A stretch of 64,000 bases of DNA from the NCBI GenBank assembly GCA_020619395.1, contig GCA_020619395.1_4860.1, one strand, 5' to 3'. Both the position numbers and the translations under genes were made by a program. Each line of letters begins with the position of its first letter. Positions within the stretch are counted from its first letter, which is position 1. The stretch is from a phage. The notes under the pieces were generated by a model, which was given only the letters and a program-made list of their open reading frames with translations, had not been told where the DNA came from and did not search any database. This document shows positions 10,653 to 18,703 of the stretch, piece after piece.

Positions 10653-10859
10653 GTGATCAGTCTCAAGACTATTCGAAACCGTCTCGTTACGGTAGAAGGT
10701 TACATTACAACCGCACAGGCAAACAACTATATCGCTAACCAGGGCACCGTGTCGACCACAAATAACCTGGCTGGCTTACCGCTTTCTCACTATAACTGTA
10801 ATGGTGGGTGTAGCTGGTCCTGCAGCGGAAGCTGTAGCCGTGGAGCGGGGAATCGATAA
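10653..10859 (+). CDS. Cys-repeat peptide 3 (68 aa), short paralog
   Basis: GTG start with GGAGG 5 nt upstream. Homologous leader ISLKTIRNRLVTVE.., core CNGGCSWSCSGSCS (4 Cys). Confidence 0.45.
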   Translation: MISLKTIRNRLVTVEGYITTAQANNYIANQGTVSTTNNLAGLPLSHYNCNGGCSWSCSGSCSRGAGNR

Positions 10860-10881
10860 CAGAAAACGTTCGGAGTATTAA

Positions 10882-11769
10882 ATGAAAAACGATTTGCATC
10901 TTGCGTATAAAACCACATTCAACCACCCGCTGCATCTATCTTCCCCAGATTCAGTGCGTGCGCACCTTGCTGACAAAGTCAGACTGATTGCACAGATTCC
11001 TGGTGAGTGGCCAAAGGTTCGTGGTCGCTTCTTGACCGACAAGAAGAACTACACCGTAGAAAATACGTTTAAGATCCGTGATATGGTTGCAGAGGCCATC
11101 GTTATCTTTAACGGCGATGGTAACTCTCGTGGCGTGTTAGTCGACGGTAAGTATTTCTTCAGTGAAGGGATTTTGAACAACAGCGTCGATTTAGAACTGA
11201 TGTTTACACCGTTTGACGAACTTGAAGCAAAACCGATGGCGCGCCGTTGGTGGAGTCCGGACTATCTGGGCTCGTTCCCTTACTACTTTGTACTGGTACC
11301 TGCCGATACGGAAACGTATTTCGACACCGAACCGTACATCGATATCGAGGGATATAAAGAACTCGGCATCACCCGTTTAGCGGACATGATGGCGTATAGC
11401 TATAAGTTCGTGTGGGATAAAAAGCGTTCTGTCTGGTATGCGTTGACTGACGATTTTGAAATCACCAAACGTATTCGTAAGCCGTGGATGCAACACCTGG
11501 TTCAAACCCGATATGGGGATTACCCGGCGACAGAAGCGGATTTGAGTAAGCTGGTAAGCTTCCTCTTAACGAAGGTGGATTTAACGAAAGAAGAAGCAGA
11601 AGCTGTTTCTGAGATTCGTAGTCGTTCGGTAACGTTGGCCGATTTGAAACGCTTGAACGAAAGACACGCCGACCTGAACAAAATTTTAGCTGCCTATCAC
11701 GACCCGATGTTACTGGTGCCTGGCGCTAATGTAGACGAAGATCCTTTATTCGCCATTGATTATATTTAA
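10882..11769 (+). CDS. Hypothetical protein in Cys-peptide/rSAM cluster (295 aa)
   Basis: ATG with GGAG upstream. No recognisable motif; co-oriented and tightly spaced with the rSAM genes. Confidence 0.6.
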   Translation: MKNDLHLAYKTTFNHPLHLSSPDSVRAHLADKVRLIAQIPGEWPKVRGRFLTDKKNYTVENTFKIRDMVAEAIVIFNGDGNSRGVLVDGKYFFSEGILNNSVDLELMFTPFDELEAKPMARRWWSPDYLGSFPYYFVLVPADTETYFDTEPYIDIEGYKELGITRLADMMAYSYKFVWDKKRSVWYALTDDFEITKRIRKPWMQHLVQTRYGDYPATEADLSKLVSFLLTKVDLTKEEAEAVSEIRSRSVTLADLKRLNERHADLNKILAAYHDPMLLVPGANVDEDPLFAIDYI

Positions 11770-11791
11770 AAATATACTGGAGCAACCTGCA

Positions 11792-12706
11792 ATGACAGAT
11801 CAAGTAGAATCCAGGATCTCGTCTGAACTGTACGACAAACCGTCAATTCTGTCGGTTGTCGCAACTTCTAAGTGTAACTTAGACTGTAGCTTCTGTGGAG
11901 GGGCTTATTACATGGATAGAGAAGATACTTCTCGTGAGTTTCAACGCGAAGAGATTCTCTCGATTTTAGAGAAGAATCCGGATATCGGTGAGATTCATTG
12001 GACGGGCGGTGAGCCGCTGTTAGCGCAGCGTAAGATTGAAGACTTCGTGAACGAGTTGAAGGAGTCTCATCCGAACCTCCGTCATCACATGTACACCAAC
12101 GGTTTAAAGATGCGTAAATCACATCTGCCGTTGCTGAAACAGTTCGACCTTATCTTTGTGTCCATTGACGGCTACAAGAAGTCGGAACGTCCGTTTATGA
12201 ACTTTGTAAACGGTGGTAATCACGAAGCGCTGGAAGTGCTGTACGAGCTGGACAACTATTACACCTGGGGTGTGATGACGCGTGACCAGTTAGGTGATAA
12301 ACGCTGGTACGAAGATTTCATCGAGCTGCACCGAGCAATCTATCATTACCGTCCAGGTGGTGTGTCGTTGTTGTTTGATGCGATGATGCCGAAACCGTTA
12401 TCGCCAGACCACGTCATGAACTTCATGTACGGGTATTGGAAAATACTCGACAATATCGAACGCCTTAACATGCAGAACGATTCTGAATGTGGGCTCGCGA
12501 TCAGTAAAATGTTCGATACCGAGTGCAACACGTGCAGTGAAGTGCTGTGGCTTAACGCCGACGGTACGCAGGAGCAAATTCAGAACGCCCCAGAGATATT
12601 GGAAGTCGGCTGTAATCGCCTGGCGCGTTCTATCGGCGTTGATGCGTATAACTACATCAACCGTGTAATTTCTGCTAAGCGTAAACGGGCGGCGAACAAT
12701 GAGTAA
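11792..12706 (+). CDS. Radical SAM enzyme (304 aa)
   Basis: CNLDCSFCGG CxxxCxxC motif near N-terminus; additional C-terminal Cys cluster (ECNTCSE..VGC). Start moved to ATG 11792 (tracked 11756). Confidence 0.75.
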   Translation: MTDQVESRISSELYDKPSILSVVATSKCNLDCSFCGGAYYMDREDTSREFQREEILSILEKNPDIGEIHWTGGEPLLAQRKIEDFVNELKESHPNLRHHMYTNGLKMRKSHLPLLKQFDLIFVSIDGYKKSERPFMNFVNGGNHEALEVLYELDNYYTWGVMTRDQLGDKRWYEDFIELHRAIYHYRPGGVSLLFDAMMPKPLSPDHVMNFMYGYWKILDNIERLNMQNDSECGLAISKMFDTECNTCSEVLWLNADGTQEQIQNAPEILEVGCNRLARSIGVDAYNYINRVISAKRKRAANNE

Positions 12707-14027
12707 TAGCGAACAGCAAATCCAGTACACACCACGCACGTATCAGGTTGTGACTAACCTGTCATGTAACCTGGACTGCGAATACTGCTACGAGCGTAAA
12801 TATCCGCGTAACAACAAAGTAGCAGACGTGATTGATTTTATCCACGCTTGTTTCGAGCGCGATAAAGATATCCCGAACGTTGAAGTCATCATCGATATCA
12901 TCGGTGGTGAGCCGTTCATGCAGCCTAAACTTCTTTTGGCGGCCTTTGAAACCGCAGAGAAGTTATGCGCAGAACACAATCGCCCGTATATGTTCAGTAT
13001 CTCCACGAACGGTACGCTTCTGGACCGTCCGCTGAACAAAGAAATTATCGAGCGCTGGAAAGACAAACTGTCTATTGGGGTCTCCATCGATGGTTTACCT
13101 GAAGTCCATGACAAATATCGTATCTTTACCACGACGCGTGAAGGGTCGTACGAAGCTGCGGTACGCGGTTACAATTATCTGAAGAGTGTTGGCATCGCTG
13201 AACTGGGCGTAAAAGCGACGTTTACGATCGATACATTGCCGCACTATGCCGCCAGCATGAAATCGTTAATTGACATGTCCGGCGGTGGTACCATTTCTGG
13301 TAATGTAACGTACGAAGATATCCTGCCGCGCCATATGGCGTTGGATATCGCGAACCAGATGATGGACGTGATGGACTACTGGATTGAGAAGGGTCTGCAC
13401 ACCAACCCGCGTAACACGATTACACACATCATCCCGGATGGCCTGAACTTTATGGCAACTTGGGACCCGGATTGGCGTGACAAACTCTTACACGACGACT
13501 CTGTTCGTCTCGACCCAGAACGCCTGAAACCGTACTGCGGTACGTTGACGCACATGACCTGTCTCGGCTTTGATCGCAAGATTTACGGTTGTAACCGTTT
13601 CATGTCCACGGTAACTTCCCGCTCTGCTGTAGCGGAACTGGTCGGTCGTGAGTTTGTGAGTCTGGACGGTGGTAAGCTGTTAGAAGAGATTCAAACGCAG
13701 TACACCAACTACCCAGAAACCTGTTTAGGGTGTCCGATGAAACACAGCTGCGGTAGCTGCGCAGCGGCATCGTACGAAAACGGTGAAGGTACACTGGAAG
13801 ACCGTAAAGCGTATCACGCCGAGCGTCGTCAGTGTGGTTGGACTACTGCGAAGCTGATGGCGGCGGAATATTGGTATCAGAAAACTGGTACGACTCGCGC
13901 ATCAGATTTGCACGATAAATCCATGTGCTATTGTTCACGTTGTGTACGCCAACGTGCCGAAGCAGAAAAATTACAAAACGGAGCCCAGAATGAAGTCAAT
14001 ACTGATTCACAATTTTACGAAGCGTAA
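12699..14027 (+). CDS. Radical SAM enzyme with SPASM/twitch-like C-terminal Cys-rich domain (442 aa)
   Basis: CNLDCEYCYERK CxxxCxxC motif; C-terminal CLGCPMKHSCGSCAAAS..CGW..CYCSRC cluster typical of auxiliary Fe-S domains. Confidence 0.75.
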   Translation: MSNSEQQIQYTPRTYQVVTNLSCNLDCEYCYERKYPRNNKVADVIDFIHACFERDKDIPNVEVIIDIIGGEPFMQPKLLLAAFETAEKLCAEHNRPYMFSISTNGTLLDRPLNKEIIERWKDKLSIGVSIDGLPEVHDKYRIFTTTREGSYEAAVRGYNYLKSVGIAELGVKATFTIDTLPHYAASMKSLIDMSGGGTISGNVTYEDILPRHMALDIANQMMDVMDYWIEKGLHTNPRNTITHIIPDGLNFMATWDPDWRDKLLHDDSVRLDPERLKPYCGTLTHMTCLGFDRKIYGCNRFMSTVTSRSAVAELVGREFVSLDGGKLLEEIQTQYTNYPETCLGCPMKHSCGSCAAASYENGEGTLEDRKAYHAERRQCGWTTAKLMAAEYWYQKTGTTRASDLHDKSMCYCSRCVRQRAEAEKLQNGAQNEVNTDSQFYEA

Positions 14028-14556
14028 ACTGCACTTGGTCGATCGCTTCCTGCGCAAAAGCAAGCTGTACAATGTGCACGCAATTGTGGCAGGGGAAGAC
14101 TTCACTGATGAAATCCAAAGCCTGTTGATTAAATACGGGCTGAATGTGATGATCCCGGTCTACTGCGTTGAGAAAGGACACGAGTCTGTCGCGGAAATCG
14201 AAAAGCGCAACCCTGGCTTTGAGAAGCGACTGCTTGCATACCCACGCCACAAAATCGAACTGCTACGTCACTCTATTGATGAAGCCAGTCCTGAAAGTTT
14301 AGTGGCATTGGGCTTGTCATTCCCGCGGATGCGTATTCGTAACTTACGCTCCAATAACCCGGTTGACGCTTATTACACAGAACGTCAAATCTTCGAAGAA
14401 CACCTGCTCCCGCAGTTGGAAGAAGAAGAGCAACACAACATTTCTCTGTTGTGGGCCGGTAACCTCGATCAGGACTTCCAGATGCTGGACTTCGGTTTGT
14501 TGTTAGAACTTGGCCTGATTGAGGAGGACGAATGTCTGTTACTGACAAAAGCTTAA
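13990..14556 (+). CDS. Hypothetical protein, cluster member (188 aa)
   Basis: ATG 13990 with GGAG upstream (tracked start 13942 overlaps the rSAM gene). No assignable domain. Confidence 0.5.
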   Translation: MKSILIHNFTKRKLHLVDRFLRKSKLYNVHAIVAGEDFTDEIQSLLIKYGLNVMIPVYCVEKGHESVAEIEKRNPGFEKRLLAYPRHKIELLRHSIDEASPESLVALGLSFPRMRIRNLRSNNPVDAYYTERQIFEEHLLPQLEEEEQHNISLLWAGNLDQDFQMLDFGLLLELGLIEEDECLLLTKA

Positions 14557-15203
14557 CGAACGAAGAGATCCGCGCCCGTTATTTCCAGCGTGATTTGCCG
14601 ATTGATCGTCACGGTAATTTCATGGAACGAATCGGTGCGCAGGATCAGGGTCGTACCGGATTTTGTGCATTACTCCATTACCATCTCATCGAAGGGATGT
14701 CTGATAAAGAAGCCCTGGCACGCATGAAGCTGTATGAGATGTCGGAGATTGAAGCTAACTTCACATTGAAACGCACGAAAGAGTTTATTGCTAATGTGCT
14801 GGAGATTGACCTCGACGAAATTCGCGGGAATCTGAAATCTACCGCACGTTACATTTACGAAGACGTGCAGAAGATGCTGTTGGAACTCGACCACCGCTAC
14901 GAAGATGAGCGCCATGGTTATATCGAGTTTGAAGGTAGTCACTTTCAAGCCGATGAATCGTCGCGCACCATCCTCGGTCAATACATTCAGGCAGATACCG
15001 CACCAGAATACTGGCTCGATACGCTGAATACTAAGCACAGTCCGTTTACAGTAGCCCAATGTAAAGCGTTGCTGGCCGCTATTGTTGCACGTGACCAAGT
15101 GTTGCACTCAGCAATGGCAGATAACAAACGCCAAATCCGTGAGTTAGCTGAAAAGCGCGATTACACTGGATTAAAAACATTGTCCGAGTCACTCGGCATG
15201 TAA
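14532..15203 (+). CDS. Hypothetical protein, last gene of cluster (223 aa)
   Basis: GAGGAGG 4 nt before ATG; 25-nt overlap with upstream gene suggests coupling. Confidence 0.6.
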   Translation: MSVTDKSLTNEEIRARYFQRDLPIDRHGNFMERIGAQDQGRTGFCALLHYHLIEGMSDKEALARMKLYEMSEIEANFTLKRTKEFIANVLEIDLDEIRGNLKSTARYIYEDVQKMLLELDHRYEDERHGYIEFEGSHFQADESSRTILGQYIQADTAPEYWLDTLNTKHSPFTVAQCKALLAAIVARDQVLHSAMADNKRQIRELAEKRDYTGLKTLSESLGM

Positions 15204-15217
15204 GCAAAGAAAATAAA

Positions 15218-15258
15218 GGCCCTACCTCCCCGAAGGGAGGTAGGTACCTTTTATTTAT
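15218..15258. terminator. Bidirectional rho-independent terminator at convergent junction
   Basis: CCTACCTCCC-CGAA-GGGAGGTAGG hairpin flanked by A-run (left) and TTTTATTTATTT (right). Confidence 0.75.
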
Positions 15259-15284
15259 TTCTTAGAAACTACTAAGTTGTTTTG

Positions 15285-15812
15285 TTAAACGAATCCGTCC
15301 AGTTCACCGTTGGTGGTGCTCAGGTCAGTTTTAACGATTGGCTGCGTTACAGTATAAACTGCAAGGCTGGCAGGCTGGTATTTAATGTGGCCTTCTTTCA
15401 CCATAACAGTGATGATTTTCTCACCACTGTCGCCGTCCTCGCGTGAAATGGTGAGTTCAGACAATGCAAACGCATCTTCCGTTTTACCGGCGGCAATTAG
15501 ATCTGCGTTGACAAAAGCAAGCACTTCTTCATCGGTATCCCATTCTGCCTGGTCAGCGGTAACTGCTTTCGCACCGATGATGTTCAATGAATCGAGGCGG
15601 GTATAATGCAGCTCTTTCTCGCCAGTAAAGTTAGCGGATTCCGCGGTGGCAGTGATGGTGAGTTTGGAGTTGCGAGTGTCTCCAGAATCTGCTGGTGAAT
15701 AGTCAGCAACAGCGCCGAATGTAACGTCAGCAGAAGTTAACGGACTAGACAGTCCGCTGTTTGCAGCATTAAACAGCGCAACGAGTTGGTCTTTTGCAGA
15801 GATGACTGCCAT
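15285..15812 (-). CDS. Short member of fibre-module family (175 aa)
   Basis: N-terminal module (LVALFNAAN..RNSKLTITA..ELHYTRLDSL) plus C-terminal TNGELDGFV shared with C-type paralogs. Confidence 0.65.
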   Translation of the reverse strand: MAVISAKDQLVALFNAANSGLSSPLTSADVTFGAVADYSPADSGDTRNSKLTITATAESANFTGEKELHYTRLDSLNIIGAKAVTADQAEWDTDEEVLAFVNADLIAAGKTEDAFALSELTISREDGDSGEKIITVMVKEGHIKYQPASLAVYTVTQPIVKTDLSTTNGELDGFV

Positions 15813-15892
15813 GGTTGTTTCCTTATAGTAGGTTTGTGGTGCATACTAAATCGTTCTAAAAACAACATAGTGGGCTTAATATGACAGTAAAG

Positions 15893-15920
15893 TTGGCTGT
15901 TAAACGAGAAATTTTATACC
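15893..15920 (+). promoter_or_regulatory. Possible sigma70-like promoter for lipoprotein gene
   Basis: TTGGCT, 16-nt spacer, TATACC about 15 nt upstream of the RBS. Weak match. Confidence 0.25.
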
Positions 15921-15935
15921 ACTGAAAGGTACTCT

Positions 15936-16427
15936 ATGAAACGTCTATTTATCGTATTCGCGATTATAAACCTGTTGGCCGGTTGTGTTCAGTCGCCAAG
16001 CAACATAGGACAATTTAGCGCCACACCAGTAAAGAATCACGACTTGGTGATTTATACATGCACAGGGACGCAGGAGAAGTTTATAGACTACCGTCCGGTT
16101 CTGGACAATCTACAGATGATGCCGCGGTCAGTAACAGTAATGGATGTGGGTGCAAACTGGGTAGCAACGTGGGACGGTGGCAAACTAGAGTCACCGATGA
16201 TGTTTAAAGATACAATTGGCAAAATCGACGGGAATGTTAACACCACCACAGGTGAGCGTTATTACCGTATTAATAAAACCGTAAACGATAGCCCCACTTA
16301 CTCTTTTTCGGATGTGAACCCGTATACCGGCGAAGGTAAAGGGATGACATTCTTTCGCTGCAGCAGCGGGTTTATCGGTGAAGTTCCTACTCCGATTACG
16401 ATTGTTCCGTTAGAAGAAAATAAATAA
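15936..16427 (+). CDS. Lipoprotein (163 aa)
   Basis: Signal peptide MKRLFIVFAIINLLAGC with lipobox LAGC. Lone plus-strand gene between minus-strand genes, with its own terminator. Confidence 0.7.
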   Translation: MKRLFIVFAIINLLAGCVQSPSNIGQFSATPVKNHDLVIYTCTGTQEKFIDYRPVLDNLQMMPRSVTVMDVGANWVATWDGGKLESPMMFKDTIGKIDGNVNTTTGERYYRINKTVNDSPTYSFSDVNPYTGEGKGMTFFRCSSGFIGEVPTPITIVPLEENK

Positions 16428-16429
16428 TG

Positions 16430-16470
16430 CTTACCCACTCCCGTAAGGGGAGTGGGTAAGGGCTTTATTT
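16430..16470. terminator. Bidirectional terminator
   Basis: 13-bp stem CTTACCCACTCCC/GGGAGTGGGTAAG, loop GTAA, then GGCTTTATTT; A-rich on the other side. Confidence 0.7.
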
Positions 16471-16552
16471 ACCCTCTAAAACGCTCTGTAACGCTCTCTA
16501 AGCGCATTAAACGTATCAAATGATAAATGATATTACTTTTGATTAAAGTGGC

Positions 16553-17068
16553 TTAGATTTTAACTAGCTTGCTCCAATCGATGGGTTGTTGCTTAACCAC
16601 TTTAACGGTACCACGTGTCGGTGACCAGAAGGTGATATCAGGCTGGTTGCGTACGTCAACATGCAACCAGGTAATATCGCACTCGATAAAGTGAATAAAC
16701 GGAAACTCGTTAGGGTTCGCGGCAATATAGTCGTGTACTTTCTGCAACGGAGTATCAAGCATTGTTGCATCAAACGCATTACCGAATTTATGCATACTGC
16801 CTGATTCGGCGTACAGTTTGTTTGCACGAGTTTGCCAATCTCCACCCTTTGGTTTCTCTTGATTAATAAAGAACTGCAGGGTACGCAGACTACGCTGTTG
16901 CTGGGAACTGGTTAAAATCACCATCCGCCCAAAACGATTACGAATCTGTTGGAGCGAGATTAGCAGTAACGGATTAAGGAAACGAATAGCACCTTCACCG
17001 TATTTCGCGATGTACTCCTGCGGCATCAACTCTTTTAACGCGAAGTTGGCAGGATTCGGATGAAACAT
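16553..17068 (-). CDS. Peptidase M15-like (candidate L-Ala-D-Glu / D-Ala-D-Ala peptidase, endolysin-type)
   Basis: SMHKFGNAFD (H-x6-D) and WLHVDV (second His) resemble zinc-ligand motifs of M15/VanY peptidases. AAGGAG RBS. Confidence 0.5.
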   Translation of the reverse strand: MFHPNPANFALKELMPQEYIAKYGEGAIRFLNPLLLISLQQIRNRFGRMVILTSSQQQRSLRTLQFFINQEKPKGGDWQTRANKLYAESGSMHKFGNAFDATMLDTPLQKVHDYIAANPNEFPFIHFIECDITWLHVDVRNQPDITFWSPTRGTVKVVKQQPIDWSKLVKI

Positions 17069-17077
17069 TTTTTCTCC

Positions 17078-17719
17078 TTAAGGGGCAGTCAGGAACGCAC
17101 GTTTGATATTCAAATACTGCACGTTTACCGGTTGCCCATTAGTAATGTCAACACGTTCGTGTTCAGGAATCGCTAACGTACGAGATGTTCTAAAGAACAG
17201 GTAGTTGCGATTATAGGACAACGTCTTTTCTACCGGCCGGCTATAAACCACCTTAGAGTTATCGTCTACATAGGACGGCCAACCAAACTCGTGAACGGCA
17301 TGGTAGAAGGACTTACGAATAAAGGTGTCAACGCCTAATGCCTCCATGATGCGTAAGAACATCAGGTCAGCGAATGTTTTGTCACATGCACGAGATAGAT
17401 TACCTTCGACAGTGTCAGGGTAAAAGCCTACCGATGAACGTTTCTGGTAAAACAAATCATGCACACAAGCGGCAGCGGCCCAAGGCCCATCCGGATGCAG
17501 GATAGGACGTAACGCTTCTGGAATGCTTGCCAGGTCCGTCACAAATCCTCTCGGTACCGTTACCCATAACGGGGTATCCGGATGCACACCTGCTAATGCT
17601 ACCATCGCATCCATTCCGGTCTGTTCACGATAGAGGCTGCGCAACGTAAACTCGAAATGGAAATCATCCGTGAGGATAAACCACGGCTTCTCTAACAACG
17701 TATACTTAAGTGCTTCCAT
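17078..17719 (-). CDS. DUF1353-like protein
   Basis: VPRGFVTDLASIP..AAACVHDLFY matches the DUF1353 signature as recalled. Confidence 0.5.
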   Translation of the reverse strand: MEALKYTLLEKPWFILTDDFHFEFTLRSLYREQTGMDAMVALAGVHPDTPLWVTVPRGFVTDLASIPEALRPILHPDGPWAAAACVHDLFYQKRSSVGFYPDTVEGNLSRACDKTFADLMFLRIMEALGVDTFIRKSFYHAVHEFGWPSYVDDNSKVVYSRPVEKTLSYNRNYLFFRTSRTLAIPEHERVDITNGQPVNVQYLNIKRAFLTAP

Positions 17720-17782
17720 ACTGACCTCACGTCATATAACGCACGAGCATCGTGAGGACCATTAATCCCAGTAAAATGGACA

Positions 17783-17935
17783 TTAAGCCTTTCGGCCAGT
17801 CGTCGTTGTCGTATTGCATGGCTTTACCCTCCGACAGAAGATCGCGCGTAATAGTTTGAAGAACCCAGAATCGTAATACGTTTCCGGAACGGTTTGTACT
17901 TCGGGGAACTTAGGCGGAGTTGGACGGTGGGTCAT
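17783..17935 (-). CDS. Small hypothetical protein (50 aa)
   Basis: ATG with AAGGAG 9 nt upstream; below ORF-track size cutoff. Followed by an 18-codon hydrophobic micro-ORF (17727-17783) overlapping via TAATG. Confidence 0.3.
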   Translation of the reverse strand: MTHRPTPPKFPEVQTVPETYYDSGFFKLLRAIFCRRVKPCNTTTTTGRKA

Positions 17936-18007
17936 TACGTTTTCTCCTTGCGGCAAAAACAAGGGCGCGCCAGATAGCTTTCATTAAGGCAGCAAACCAA
18001 TTCTGTT

Positions 18008-18625
18008 TCATTTGCACATCCCCAACTTAGCCACGTAGTCTGGCATTTCCTGATAGACGCGGCCATACCAGCCGTAAGTAAACTCTTCGTTATCCTCACG
18101 CCCTTCACTGATTTCCGTGTAGTACGCAACCTGATGACAGGTTAAAGCGAACATCAGTCGATTCAGGCCCTCTTCCCCACGGGCTTTGATGAAGCCTTCT
18201 AACGCTGTTAACGTACGTGGCCCGATACCACCATCGGCATCGATATCATCGTATAGTTTACCCTGACGGTTTAATACGTTCAGAATACGTTGCAGGGACT
18301 TGATACAGTTACCGCGTCCTGCGTTGATGCCGAAATCAAACATTCGGTCAGCTAGCAGGACATTCATTTTCATAATCTGGTCTAAACGCATCCGCTGCCA
18401 CCAGAGCTTGTTGTAAATGTCTAACGCGATTTCTAAGCTCAGGTCACGCATATCCCCTTTATAGCCATATTCGCGCGCAGTGAGTTCGGTGACACCACGG
18501 TTCGTTGCTTTGCCCAAATCTTTCGGGTTATTAACGTAACCGGCTTCGATGTTTACTTTGGCACGAATAATGCCCTCTTTACTCCAACGATCGACCACGA
18601 TAACCTCCTGAGTTGATAGGGTCAT
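18008..18625 (-). CDS. GH108-like muramidase with peptidoglycan-binding domain (endolysin or virion lysozyme)
   Basis: EAGYVNNPKDLGKATNRGVT matches the GH108 EGGYVNDPxDxGGxTxxGIT signature; C-terminal DGGIGPRTLTAL region PG-binding-like. Start uncertain: ATG 18625, or GTG 18598 with AGGAGG 5 nt upstream. Confidence 0.6.
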   Translation of the reverse strand: MTLSTQEVIVVDRWSKEGIIRAKVNIEAGYVNNPKDLGKATNRGVTELTAREYGYKGDMRDLSLEIALDIYNKLWWQRMRLDQIMKMNVLLADRMFDFGINAGRGNCIKSLQRILNVLNRQGKLYDDIDADGGIGPRTLTALEGFIKARGEEGLNRLMFALTCHQVAYYTEISEGREDNEEFTYGWYGRVYQEMPDYVAKLGMCK

Positions 18626-18657
18626 AAAAAGAAAGCCTCTTCCCCGTGGGGAAGAGG
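18623..18657 (-). terminator. Hairpin with U-tract after 725-aa gene (leaky terminator or attenuator)
   Basis: CCTCTTCC..GGAAGAGG stem then CTTTCTTTTTAT on minus strand; overlaps the possible lysozyme start. Confidence 0.4.
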
Positions 18658-18703
18658 GCATGGGTTATCTTCAGGCTTTAAACCCGTCAAGTTCCTCGTT
18701 AAA

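Noticed and set aside
10027-10738. Alternative-frame ORFs 10027-10239 and 10313-10738 (Ala/Val-rich) overlapping the Cys-repeat peptide genes
   Set aside because: They are frame-shifted readings of the TGC-TCN-GGN repeat DNA, have no RBS, and give low-complexity AVAV-type translations; the Cys-encoding frame has RBS-supported starts.
17935-18129. 64-aa minus-strand ORF overlapping the GH108-like gene
   Set aside because: It is out of frame within a well-supported gene and has no RBS.
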